DNA of 64,000 nucleotides from a virus. Lineage: Duplodnaviria; Caudoviricetes. Of this stretch, positions 1-8,857 are shown in pieces. The DNA lies in the IMG/VR virus record IMGVR_UViG_2767802109_000003, positions 1 to 64,000 of that record. The stretch is one strand, 5' to 3'. The notes under the pieces were generated by a model. That model did not search any database. It saw only the letters and a program-made list of their open reading frames with translations, and was not told the origin of the DNA. The position numbers were made by a program, and so were the translations under genes. The stretch's first letter is position 1; each line of letters opens with the position of its first letter.

Positions 1-180
1 TCAGGCCGCCTCGATGACCTCGCCACGGATCGCGGTCGCCCACTCGACCACCAGCAGCTCGTACTCCACACGCTCCTGCGCGGACAGGGTCCCGCCCGCG
101 CGCCGCCACAGCGCACGGATCTGATCGTTCAGCTCCGCGGCGGACCGCACGGAACCAGGCGTCACGTAATCGGGGGACAT
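1..180 (-). CDS. Host small hypothetical protein downstream of uppP
   Basis: ORF MSPDYVTPGSVRSAAELNDQIRALW...EVIEAA, ATG at 180, TGA at 1-3; lies outside the inferred phage junction. Confidence 0.6.
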   Translation of the reverse strand: MSPDYVTPGSVRSAAELNDQIRALWRRAGGTLSAQERVEYELLVVEWATAIRGEVIEAA

Positions 181-243
181 GCGGACAAGCCTAGGGGCAT
201 GCACTGACACTGCGCTACCGCACGGCTACCCAAGCGGTTCGTC

Positions 244-381
244 TCAGCCGGAGGACTCCGCGGCGTGCGGGCTGAGGGCACCCGTCGCGACCAGGGCGAT
301 GATGACGATGCCGAGCGCGATGCGATACCAGACGAACGGCATGAAGCTCTTGGTGGAGATGAACTTCATGAACCAGTGCAT
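244..381 (-). pseudogene. uppP: Displaced 3' end of undecaprenyl-diphosphate phosphatase (UppP/BacA), 45 aa, re-started by an ATG overlapping the integrase stop
   Basis: Translates as MHWFMKFISTKSFMPFVWYRIALGIVIIALVATGALSPHAAESSG*, matching the recognisable Streptomyces BacA C-terminus (…IAWFMKFISTKSFMPFVxYRIALG…SPHAAES); too short for the ORF track. Confidence 0.85.
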
Positions 382-383
382 CA
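350..383. other. Inferred left prophage attachment junction (attL) inside uppP
   Basis: BacA-like coding similarity stops at the W codon (~375), immediately next to the integrase stop (381-383); exact core cannot be defined without the other end. Confidence 0.65.
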
Positions 384-1775
384 GTCGGCATCCTCAGCCG
401 CTGTGACCTGCCGTTTCCACCACTCGGCGAGGCCCTCTGGGAGAGAACTGGGAGAACCTGGCGACTTCTCCCACTCGGTCTCCCGAACGAAGCGCAAAAA
501 CCGCTCCTGCAGTGAATCCATCATCCGCTGCTCCATCGCCGTTGTCACGTTCGCGTACAGGCCCTCCACACCCGCCACCTCATGGCCCATGCGCGTCTCG
601 ACCGCGATCCGCGAGTGCTCGCCGCCCGCCTCGTCGATCCACTCCTTCGCCCCGTGCCGCAGCAGATACAGCCGCTTCCCCGCGTAGGCCGTCGCCGGGA
701 GGGCGGGGACGGGCCGCCGTGACGTGACCGTCTGTCGCTGCCCCAGCCGCATCCGCTCGAACTCCGGTGAAGCGTCACGGCCGTCAGCGATCGGCCGCCA
801 GTAGTGGTAGGTGAAGTTCGCGTTGGCCAGCAGGCCGCCCGCGATCGACCGGAACACGTACTCGCCGTCGTGACTGCCGAGCAGCAGCTCCAGCAGCTCG
901 GCCAGAAACGGCGGCACCACCAGTGTCCGCCGTGACTCGTACTTCGGCGGGAACAGCTTGAGGACGCCCTTCTCCCGCTGGTGCTGCCACTGCACGCGGA
1001 TCGCCGGCATCAGGCCGGGACCGTACCGCTTGAGGTCGTCGGCGTGCCGCTCCTGGCGATCCTCCTCCTTCGGGTCGTCCAGCGGGTCGGAGGCCGGCCA
1101 GGCGGGATGACAGTAGACGCGGCGCAGCGCGTACAGCTCAGCGGGCCGCATGCCGGTGCAGGCCATCGTCCACACGAAGACGAAGCCGTCCAGGCCCCAG
1201 AAGGCGAGGGCGTTGCAGGCGAGCTGGTGGACGTCCTCGATGCGCATCTCGCGCTTCCGCTCGCGCGGCTTCTTCTTGTACCGGCCGCGGCGCTGCTTCT
1301 TCCCCTTGGGGACGGGCGACGTCTTGCGGAGCCCGTCGTCGACCGCGTCGTCCATGAGCATGGAGAAAACGGTGAGGATCTCCTCCCCGTACTTGTCGCC
1401 CACGTTCGGGAGAGCTTTGAGCTGCTTCTTCCACGCCCGATAGATGGACGGCTGGATGTCGGCGACGGCGGTCTCACCCCACCGCGGCACGATGTACAGC
1501 CGCAGCATGGACCGGATGGCCTTGTCCCGCAGGTGCCCGACATCGAGGGTGTCGACCCAAGTCTTGGCGTACTCGCCGACGGTGGTGGCGCCGTCCCGGC
1601 GGGAGATGTAGTCGTCGTTGCGGATCTCGGCTTCCCGGTCAAGGCCGTAGTTCTTGGCCTCGGTCTCGTCGGTGAAGCCGCCCTTCTGGTCATAGATCCA
1701 CTTGCCGCGGTCGTCCTTCTTCCGCGTGTTCCAGACGACTCTGCAGGTGTTCCCGCGCCACTCGGTGTAGGCCAT
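381..1775 (-). CDS. int: Tyrosine recombinase / phage integrase
   Basis: GMRPAELYALR (catalytic R), LRHG, MGH...GLY motifs; N-terminal arm-binding-like region; next to the att junction. Confidence 0.92.
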   Translation of the reverse strand: MAYTEWRGNTCRVVWNTRKKDDRGKWIYDQKGGFTDETEAKNYGLDREAEIRNDDYISRRDGATTVGEYAKTWVDTLDVGHLRDKAIRSMLRLYIVPRWGETAVADIQPSIYRAWKKQLKALPNVGDKYGEEILTVFSMLMDDAVDDGLRKTSPVPKGKKQRRGRYKKKPRERKREMRIEDVHQLACNALAFWGLDGFVFVWTMACTGMRPAELYALRRVYCHPAWPASDPLDDPKEEDRQERHADDLKRYGPGLMPAIRVQWQHQREKGVLKLFPPKYESRRTLVVPPFLAELLELLLGSHDGEYVFRSIAGGLLANANFTYHYWRPIADGRDASPEFERMRLGQRQTVTSRRPVPALPATAYAGKRLYLLRHGAKEWIDEAGGEHSRIAVETRMGHEVAGVEGLYANVTTAMEQRMMDSLQERFLRFVRETEWEKSPGSPSSLPEGLAEWWKRQVTAAEDAD

Positions 1776-1847
1776 GGTCCGCCCCTTGGGTGCTGGTGCG
1801 GGTGGCCGGCTGGCACCCCTGCCGCCGGCCCCTCCGCCGCGGCTGCG

Positions 1848-2045
1848 CTACGTGTGCTGGCCGATGATGCAGGCCTTGCACGCGGCGCAGTCGCCTCCTT
1901 GACGCTTGATCAGGTCGGAGACGGTGCGGCGTGCTTGTGCATCGTGCTCGACCCGAGGCGTCGCAACACACACGATTCTCCCAGCTATTCGACCTTGGAA
2001 GCCGTAGAAGTCGGGGCCGAGGTCGAGCGTGAGCATTTCGTGCAT
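1848..2045 (-). CDS. Small hypothetical protein between repressor and integrase (CxxCxxC tail; possibly ImmA-like remnant fold)
   Basis: 65-aa ORF with upstream GGAG-like RBS, co-oriented with repressor and int. Confidence 0.55.
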   Translation of the reverse strand: MHEMLTLDLGPDFYGFQGRIAGRIVCVATPRVEHDAQARRTVSDLIKRQGGDCAACKACIIGQHT

Positions 2046-2193
2046 TGGCTCCCCCTTTCGGGTGAGAGGGAACCTCCCAAGTACTAGGTGATGCTGCCAT
2101 GCTGACGAACGGTTGTGACCGGGTTCGTCCTAAGTGACGACAGTTCACTAGGTAACGAAACGATAAACGGAAAAGGTTGTACGAACAGGGTGA

Positions 2194-2649
2194 TCAATCG
2201 CGGTCAATTCCGCGCTTTTCCCACCGCTCAAGCACCTTCTCCACTACCTGCCGCTTCAGCTCGCGGATCTCGGCGGCGGTCATCGTGTCACTGATCGCAA
2301 CCGCCGCGTCCTGCACGACGTCCCCGACGTCCTCGGCAAGATCCTCGGCGCGGACCGGCGAGAACACGGCGGCGGGAGTCGCGGGTTCGACAAGGGTGGC
2401 CGCAGATGCCCCGCCCAGGATGTCGAGGCAGCTGCCTGCCGCCCACTCCAGAACGGGCTCGATCTTCGTGTAGGTGGTCTCGCGCACAGGTAGTCCGTCT
2501 TCGACCTTGCTGTAGGTGTTCACCTGCAGCCCGGCCCGGCGTGCGACGTCGACTTTGTGCAGCTTGAGTTCGGATCGTCGCTTAATGATCAGGCTTGCGA
2601 GCCTGTGAAGTGCATCTTCGTCATGTCGGGGTGCCATGGGCCACATCAT
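2194..2649 (-). CDS. XRE-family immunity repressor (CI-like)
   Basis: HTH LHKVDVARRAGLQVNTYSKVEDG; divergent from Cro-like gene. Confidence 0.85.
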   Translation of the reverse strand: MMWPMAPRHDEDALHRLASLIIKRRSELKLHKVDVARRAGLQVNTYSKVEDGLPVRETTYTKIEPVLEWAAGSCLDILGGASAATLVEPATPAAVFSPVRAEDLAEDVGDVVQDAAVAISDTMTAAEIRELKRQVVEKVLERWEKRGIDRD

Positions 2650-2812
2650 CGCAGGACCACGTAGGAACAGCTAGGAACACCTGCGTTTCTGTCCTGAATC
2701 GCAACCCGGCTACACGCGGAAGTGATCACATGACTGCGCGTATCTACGAGTTCACGCATGTTACTGCAAGGTAGCGGTAGCGGATGCTCGTAGAAACACG
2801 TAGATTCTCTTC
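2650..2812. promoter_or_regulatory. Divergent lysis/lysogeny switch region with repeated CGTAG/CTACG half-sites
   Basis: CACGTAGGAAC, ATCTACGAG, CTCGTAGAA, CACGTAGAT between two divergent HTH genes. Confidence 0.55.
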
Positions 2813-3055
2813 ATGGAAAGACCCCCAGCCACCTACCAGGTGCACGGGCCGTCCCTGCGCAAGCGGCGGATGGACCAAGGCCTCACAGTCCAGGAAGCCG
2901 CCGAGAAGGCCGGCATCTCCCGCAGCTACCTCCAGCGGCTGGAAACAGGCATCCGGGAGCGGATGGGGCCCAAGCGCTACACCCGGCTCCGCACAGCCCT
3001 CAACGCGACAGACGCCCAACTCTGTCCACCCCACATACCCCCTGAAGGAAGGTGA
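2813..3055 (+). CDS. Cro-like XRE HTH protein
   Basis: LTVQEAAEKAGISRSYLQRLETG; first gene of the rightward early operon. Confidence 0.85.
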   Translation: MERPPATYQVHGPSLRKRRMDQGLTVQEAAEKAGISRSYLQRLETGIRERMGPKRYTRLRTALNATDAQLCPPHIPPEGR

Positions 3056-3057
3056 CC

Positions 3058-3345
3058 ATGTCCACCCCCAACGTCACCCCCATCGACGTCGACTCGATGA
3101 TGCGCCGTGACGGCTACGTCAAGCCCAAGGAAGCCGCCCGCGCCCTCGGTTGCGGTGAACGGTGGCTCCTCGACGGCCTCAACAAGCACGGCTTCCCCCA
3201 CACCCGCATGGGCCGCGCCAAGTGGCTCAACGAAGAGCACATCCGGGAGATCCGCTCCCTGTGCGAGGTGCCGGCCGACCGCGCCAAGATCTCGCGCCTC
3301 CGCCGTGCCTCGACCAAGCCAAGGCCCACCCGCGTCGCCGCCTGA
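3058..3345 (+). CDS. Excisionase/AlpA-like HTH DNA-binding protein
   Basis: YVKPKEAARALGCGERWLLDG...FPHTRMGRAKWL pattern; position after cro. Confidence 0.7.
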   Translation: MSTPNVTPIDVDSMMRRDGYVKPKEAARALGCGERWLLDGLNKHGFPHTRMGRAKWLNEEHIREIRSLCEVPADRAKISRLRRASTKPRPTRVAA

Positions 3346-3438
3346 CCGGCCACGCAAAGAGGTCGCCGCGACCCGCTAAGCCCGCGACGACCCCAGAGAT
3401 CCACACCCACCAGAACACAGAGAACAGGAGCGTGGACC

Positions 3439-3792
3439 TTGTCCACATCATCGCAGAACACCGAGCGCAACGAGTACATCGCCGCCCTGCGCAACCTGGC
3501 CGACTGGCTGGAGAGCAACCCTGCCGTCAAGGTGCCGACCGACCGCCTCATGCTGCTGCCGCTGCACACGAACAAGGCAGTCCAGGAGTTCGCCGAGGCC
3601 TGCGGACTGACCGTGTCCATGGACTCGGACGGCAACGCGTCCGTCGACGTCGACTTCGGCGGAATCATCTACCACGCTTACGGCTACGCCGACTTCGACG
3701 CGTTCCACGAGGCGCATAAGGAGAAGCAGGCTCGCCGCTGGGCGGACTCCAAGGGTCTGACGATCCAGCTCTCCACCGGCGGTGCGGTATGA
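3439..3792 (+). CDS. Phage hypothetical protein
   Basis: 117-aa ORF with RBS, coupled to next gene. Confidence 0.6.
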   Translation: MSTSSQNTERNEYIAALRNLADWLESNPAVKVPTDRLMLLPLHTNKAVQEFAEACGLTVSMDSDGNASVDVDFGGIIYHAYGYADFDAFHEAHKEKQARRWADSKGLTIQLSTGGAV

Positions 3793-4355
3793 GCGTCTCC
3801 GATCTCGACCCGTTCTGGGTCAAAGCCCGCGCCGAGTTCCTCGCCCAGGGCAGCACCGCCGCCGACGCGTCCGCGTGCGGCACCTGCCGCAGCCTGGCCG
3901 AGGCCGGGAAGCCGGTGGAGCACGACGGCTGCGCCCAGCGCGCCACGCTCCTCCACGCCCCCGACCACCCGCACTACGAGATCCTCGCCGGCTTCTCCCT
4001 GGAGGAGAACGCGAAGCTCCCGGCCCGCTTCCACGTCCCCGTCTTCGACGACTGCGGCAAGCCGAACCTGTGGCTGTGCGCGGTCTGCCAGGAAGAGGGC
4101 GTCGTCACCGGCTGGCCGTGCGCCACCGCCACCAAGTACGGCACCCAGGTCTTCACCCCTCACCACACCGCGGAGACGGCGCAGCAGAAGCAGCAGGCTG
4201 GGACTGTCGCCATGACGGACGCGATCGCCAAGGCCGTCGCCGCCCTCCGCGACATGCAGGCCGTGGAGCCGGACCACGTGAAGGCCGCCGCCCTGTACGA
4301 GATCGAGATGGGCCTGCGGCACGCCGCCGGAACCCAGAACGAGGTGGCGTCGTGA
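3789..4355 (+). CDS. Phage hypothetical protein (Cys-rich)
   Basis: ATGA overlap with previous gene, high-GC codon pattern. Confidence 0.6.
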   Translation: MSVSDLDPFWVKARAEFLAQGSTAADASACGTCRSLAEAGKPVEHDGCAQRATLLHAPDHPHYEILAGFSLEENAKLPARFHVPVFDDCGKPNLWLCAVCQEEGVVTGWPCATATKYGTQVFTPHHTAETAQQKQQAGTVAMTDAIAKAVAALRDMQAVEPDHVKAAALYEIEMGLRHAAGTQNEVAS

Positions 4356-4876
4356 ATGTCGATCAGTGGAACGCCCGCTACCCGGTCGGCACCCTGGTGT
4401 TCGCCTACCTGGGCTGCCGCCCGGAGGACGGTTCGGGCACCCGCCTCGTGACCCGCACCCGCACCGAAGCGCAACTGTCCGCGTCCGGTGACCCGGTGGT
4501 CTGGGTGGAGGGGGAGGGCTCCTACATCTGCCTCACCCACGTCGACCCCGTCGCGGAGGACGTGTGGGAGGAAGCGCGGGAGGCCGAGGCCGCCAAAGCG
4601 CCCAAGCCGACAGGCATGCCCAAGACGGCCCGCGAGAAGGTCGCCGGCCTGCTGTGGTGGTCCGTCCCGTCCGGAACCGACGAGGAGGCGAAGGATCGGA
4701 CGAACCAGCTCCTCGACGAGCTGACCGCCGAAGTGCGTACCACCGCCTTCGAGGAAGCCGCCGCCTTCTTCGCCGGGCTGGCTGACGCCGAGAAGGACCA
4801 GCACGGCTACCGAGCCCGCGTGATGCGAGGCGCCGCCAACGACGTGCGACGCCTCAACACCGGGGAGGCGTCATGA
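4352..4876 (+). CDS. Phage hypothetical protein, N-terminal domain paralogous to 5190-5408
   Basis: GTGA overlap; WNARYPVGT..TRTRTEA..VVWVEG motif. Confidence 0.6.
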   Translation: MNVDQWNARYPVGTLVFAYLGCRPEDGSGTRLVTRTRTEAQLSASGDPVVWVEGEGSYICLTHVDPVAEDVWEEAREAEAAKAPKPTGMPKTAREKVAGLLWWSVPSGTDEEAKDRTNQLLDELTAEVRTTAFEEAAAFFAGLADAEKDQHGYRARVMRGAANDVRRLNTGEAS

Positions 4877-5190
4877 CCGCCCGGTTGTCGCCGGAGCGCG
4901 AGGCTGAGATCGCTGCCGCGGTCGCCGTGTACGAGGGCCACCCGAGCATCGGGTTCGCCTGCTGCTCGGCCCACGGCCCGGCAGACGGAACCCGCGAGCT
5001 CCTCGCCGAGCTGGCCGCGGTCCGCGCCGAACGCGACCAGGCGCGGGCCGAGCTGGCCGAGTTCGCGTCCCGCGTGAACGAGCTGGAGTCCCGCCTCTGC
5101 GAGTGCGAGCCCGTCCGCGAGCACAGCGACTACAGGCGTCCCGCCTTCTACCAGCACGCCGCTGACTGCCCCGTGAACAGGGGTGCCTGA
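4873..5190 (+). CDS. Phage hypothetical protein
   Basis: ATGA overlap, GGAGG RBS. Confidence 0.6.
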   Translation: MTARLSPEREAEIAAAVAVYEGHPSIGFACCSAHGPADGTRELLAELAAVRAERDQARAELAEFASRVNELESRLCECEPVREHSDYRRPAFYQHAADCPVNRGA

Positions 5191-5408
5191 TGGACGCCGA
5201 AACCTTCAACCGCATGTACCCGGTGCGGACCCCGGTCCGGGTGTTCCCGAACACCCGCGAGGACCCGCCGCGGATCACCCGCACCCGCACCCGCGCCATC
5301 CAGGTGCAGCACGGCCTCGCCGTCGTCCACGTCGACGGCCTGACCAGTCCCTACCGCGTCGACTCCCTCGACGTGCTGCCGAACGACTTCCCCGTGGAGG
5401 CGTCGTGA
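5190..5408 (+). CDS. Phage hypothetical protein
   Basis: TGATG coupling; FNRMYPVRT..TRTRTRA..VVHVDG motif. Confidence 0.6.
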   Translation: MDAETFNRMYPVRTPVRVFPNTREDPPRITRTRTRAIQVQHGLAVVHVDGLTSPYRVDSLDVLPNDFPVEAS

Positions 5409-5620
5409 GCGACACCAGCATCCTCAACCAGACCCTGATCATCGGCTCCGACCCGGACGAGGTGACCTTCGAAGTCCACGAGGGCCACGCCTTCATCCTC
5501 CTCGGACCCGTCTCCATCGCCCTGCCGCTCACCGCGCAGGCCGCCGTCGACAAGCTCGCCACGGTCGCCGCCCAGGCCGCTGCCGACAACCGGGCCCGCC
5601 GGCTCCGCGAGGTGGCCTGA
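5405..5620 (+). CDS. Phage hypothetical protein
   Basis: GTGA overlap, GGAGG RBS. Confidence 0.55.
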   Translation: MSDTSILNQTLIIGSDPDEVTFEVHEGHAFILLGPVSIALPLTAQAAVDKLATVAAQAAADNRARRLREVA

Positions 5621-5621
5621 C

Positions 5622-5828
5622 ATGGCGACCGCGATCGAACCCCGCCGGCCGCTGGCCGACCTGGAACAGGACGCCATCGCCCGCATCGAAGGCGAGATGG
5701 CCCGCCGAGCCCGCGGCCTGAAGCCGTGGACGACCACCGAGTACGTCGACCACGTCGCCCGCGTCCACGCCCACTACCAGCAGCGACGCCAATGGCTCCG
5801 CACCCACGACCAGGAGGCGGCGGCATGA
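5622..5828 (+). CDS. Phage hypothetical protein
   Basis: 68-aa ORF in coupled run. Confidence 0.55.
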   Translation: MATAIEPRRPLADLEQDAIARIEGEMARRARGLKPWTTTEYVDHVARVHAHYQQRRQWLRTHDQEAAA

Positions 5829-6118
5829 CCACCCTGCACCTGCCGCCGATGCCCGGCGACGCCGACCCCGTCATCATCCCCGGCCTCCGCAAAGCCCTCG
5901 ACCTGGACATCGACCCCGACTTCAAGGCGTCGATCGACGGCGGGTTCACCGAGTCCTTCGAAGACTTCTGCCGCCGCCTCACCGAAGGCGCCGACCCCCA
6001 GCCAGCCACCGACACCCAGACGCTCGCAGCCATCGCCCGACTGACCCGGCGCATCACCAGCCTCGAACACCAGCTGGCAGACGCCAAAGCCGAAAAGACC
6101 GCACTGGAGGGGCTGTGA
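5825..6118 (+). CDS. Phage hypothetical protein
   Basis: ATGA overlap. Confidence 0.55.
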   Translation: MTTLHLPPMPGDADPVIIPGLRKALDLDIDPDFKASIDGGFTESFEDFCRRLTEGADPQPATDTQTLAAIARLTRRITSLEHQLADAKAEKTALEGL

Positions 6119-6561
6119 GCCTGAACCCGATACCCCGCCTGAAGGGCCACGGCAGGCGCCGCGCCATCGACAAGGTCGCCGAGCTTCGCGACGAGAACCG
6201 CCGCCTCCTCACCCAACTCTTCGACGCCAGCGACGCCTACCAAATCCTCCAGCAGCACCTCGCCGAGACCACGGCCCGGCAAGCTGAGGCCGAGGAACTC
6301 GTCGTCCAGCAGCAGGCCGACATCGACGACCTGAACGCCGAGAACGACCAGCTCCGCGACGAGTTGGCCAAGCTCAAGGTCCGCTTCGGGCCCGAGCTCG
6401 CCGCCGACGCCAACACCCAGGCGATCACCGTCCCGCCGATGATCCGCGACATCGACGGGCCCGAGGACCAGGCCACCGCACCGATCCCCGTCCTCACCCT
6501 CCAGCAGGCATTCGGCAGCACCGACCCGGCACACGTCCCCGCCTGGGCCACGCGCCACTGA
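6115..6561 (+). CDS. Coiled-coil phage hypothetical protein
   Basis: GTGA overlap; heptad-like central region. Confidence 0.6.
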   Translation: MSLNPIPRLKGHGRRRAIDKVAELRDENRRLLTQLFDASDAYQILQQHLAETTARQAEAEELVVQQQADIDDLNAENDQLRDELAKLKVRFGPELAADANTQAITVPPMIRDIDGPEDQATAPIPVLTLQQAFGSTDPAHVPAWATRH

Positions 6562-6675
6562 GCCCGCCGCCCCGCCGGAAGACACCGGCCGGCCGGGGCG
6601 GCGCCCAAGAAGAAACCCCCGCTCGGGGATAGCGAGCGGGGATCGGAACCCATGATCCCACAAGGAGAGACCACC

Positions 6676-7713
6676 GTGTCCGTCACGATCAACGCCCACC
6701 AGCTGAAGCTCCTCCTCGACAAGACCATCGACCACATGGGCAGCGAGTACGTAGAGCCGCTGCACGGCATCCGCCTCGACGTCGACGCCCGCTACATCTA
6801 CGCCGTCGCCACCGACCGCTACACCATCGCCGCCGCCCGCTACCGCCTCAACCAAGACGACCAAAACCAGGAGCCCTGGGCGGTGACCATCCCCGCCGAG
6901 AACCTGCGGGCCCTCCGCGAGTGGATCCACGGCCTACAGGGCGCCGGCCTCATCACCATCAGCACGGCCAAGGGCCGCCTGTTCTTCGAGGGCCCCCAGA
7001 CCGATCTCAGCATCGCCATCAACACCGCCCTGGAGTTCCCCGACTGGCGCGGCATCCTCCGCAAGCAGGTCGACCAGGCCGCCGACGGCGAAACATTCCC
7101 GGCCCTCAACCCCGGCATGCTCACCCGCTTCAACATCGGCGGCATGATCCGCGCCCGCATCACCGGAGACGAAAAGCCTCTCCTGGTCTTCAGCGAGGAC
7201 TTCCTCGGCGCACAGATGCCCGCCCGCTACGCCGGTGTCTACCCGGCCAAGGAAGAGACCTTCGACGGAGCCCAGCAGTCCTGGCTGTGGACCCTGTCCG
7301 CGGGCTCGAAGGACGCCACCGCGGATGGCGCCGCCTACGAGGAGGACCGGCCCCGCTACGAGGTCACCACAGACATCCGCGAGACCGGCGAAGTCCTTCT
7401 CCAGCAGGCACTCCGCTCGACCTGGGACATGCACGGCAAGTCGGCGGAGAACCCGCAGGAGTTCCTGAACCACTGCCTCACCGCGATCAACGCATGGGCG
7501 GCGTTCCGCTACCTCAACGCGCTGCACAGCGTCGACCCGCGCGCCGCGGCGGACGTCGTCGCCGAAATGGCGGGGGAGTTCGAGTCCGGTGAGATCGGCG
7601 AGTTCGCGTGGGACGCCGCCGAGAAGGCCGGCTTCACCCCGCAGAAGTGGCACGACGACTACGAGGCCGCCATGGAGAAGTCGGCGGCGGAGGCCACCGA
7701 CACCGCGGCCTGA
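6676..7713 (+). CDS. DNA polymerase III beta-clamp-like domain protein
   Basis: LHGIRLDVDARYIYAVATDRYTIAAAR and FPDWRGIL motifs resemble DnaN domains; RBS AAGGAGA before GTG. Confidence 0.65.
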   Translation: MSVTINAHQLKLLLDKTIDHMGSEYVEPLHGIRLDVDARYIYAVATDRYTIAAARYRLNQDDQNQEPWAVTIPAENLRALREWIHGLQGAGLITISTAKGRLFFEGPQTDLSIAINTALEFPDWRGILRKQVDQAADGETFPALNPGMLTRFNIGGMIRARITGDEKPLLVFSEDFLGAQMPARYAGVYPAKEETFDGAQQSWLWTLSAGSKDATADGAAYEEDRPRYEVTTDIRETGEVLLQQALRSTWDMHGKSAENPQEFLNHCLTAINAWAAFRYLNALHSVDPRAAADVVAEMAGEFESGEIGEFAWDAAEKAGFTPQKWHDDYEAAMEKSAAEATDTAA

Positions 7714-7840
7714 CCGCCTCCACAACCACATACGCCGCGCTGTAGCGACCCCCACGCTCCGCGGCATTCCAGGCCGGCCGCCCTGGACCTCCCCTCCCGG
7801 GGCGGCCGGCCGTCACCTCGCACACCCCAGAGAGGGTTAC

Positions 7841-8857
7841 ATGAGCACCGAAAGCACCACAAAACCCGCCGCGCCACCACTGGAGTTTCCGTCCGGAGCT
7901 GTTGTGGTCCTGGACGCCGACGCCAGCAGCGACGAGTGGCACGCGATCCGGCAGTCCGGCCTCGGGGGATCCGACCTTCCCGCGATCTGCGGCCTCAACA
8001 AGTGGACCAGCCCCCTCGAAATCTGGCTCAAGAAGACAGGCCAGGCCGTGCCCCGCCGCGAGGACCCCGTCCTCAACGAGGCCGCCGAGAACGGCCACGA
8101 CCTCGAGCCGTTCGTCGCCAGCCGCTTCACCAAGAAGACCGGCCTTCCCGCCCACCAGAACCCAGGCACCCTCCGCCGGCCCGACCTTCCGTGGGCGCTC
8201 GTCAACCTCGACCGGTACACCATCGAGAACGGCCAGCCCGGCGTCGTCGAACTGAAAACCCGCAGCTCCTACGCCCTCACCGACTGGCTCGACGAAGTCC
8301 CCATCGACACCCAGATCCAAGTCCAGTGGCAACTCGCCGTCACCGGATGGACCTTCGGCTACACCGCCTGCCTCATCGGCGGACAGCGCACCATCGTCCA
8401 CCGCATCGACCGCGACGAGCAGATGATCGCCGACCTGCTCAACATCGCCGCAGAGTTCTGGGGATGGGTCGAAGCCGGAACCCAGCCGCCCATCGACGGA
8501 TCCGTCGCCACCGGCGAACTCCTCGACCGGCTCCACGCCAACCCCGACACCGACGTCGTCGTCGCCGACGCCACCGAAGTCGAAGGCTGGCTGCAGCAAC
8601 GAGCCCACGCCAAGGAACAGCTCGCCGCCGCCGAGATCGCCCTCACCGACGCCGACAACCACCTCAAGGCCATCGCCGGTGACGCCGTCGAAGTCCACAT
8701 CCGCGGCGAGAAGGCCTACTCGTGGCCCCGCTACAGCCGCAAGGGCCGCATCGACTTCGCCGCCCTCACCGAGGACTACCCGGGCCTCGACCTCGACGCC
8801 TACCGCAGCGAACCCACCACCTACCGCCAGCTCCGCATCCACCTGGAGAACCTGTGA
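7841..8857 (+). CDS. YqaJ-like viral recombinase / lambda-type exonuclease
   Basis: WHAIRQSGLGGSD, GHDLEPFV, NLDR, VELKT, QVQWQLAVTG motifs. Confidence 0.9.
   Translation: MSTESTTKPAAPPLEFPSGAVVVLDADASSDEWHAIRQSGLGGSDLPAICGLNKWTSPLEIWLKKTGQAVPRREDPVLNEAAENGHDLEPFVASRFTKKTGLPAHQNPGTLRRPDLPWALVNLDRYTIENGQPGVVELKTRSSYALTDWLDEVPIDTQIQVQWQLAVTGWTFGYTACLIGGQRTIVHRIDRDEQMIADLLNIAAEFWGWVEAGTQPPIDGSVATGELLDRLHANPDTDVVVADATEVEGWLQQRAHAKEQLAAAEIALTDADNHLKAIAGDAVEVHIRGEKAYSWPRYSRKGRIDFAALTEDYPGLDLDAYRSEPTTYRQLRIHLENL

Noticed and set aside
6617-6641. CCCCGCTC...GAGCGGGG hairpin resembling a CRISPR repeat
   Set aside because: Loop is too long, no GAGCAC end and no second repeat; more likely an ordinary intergenic hairpin
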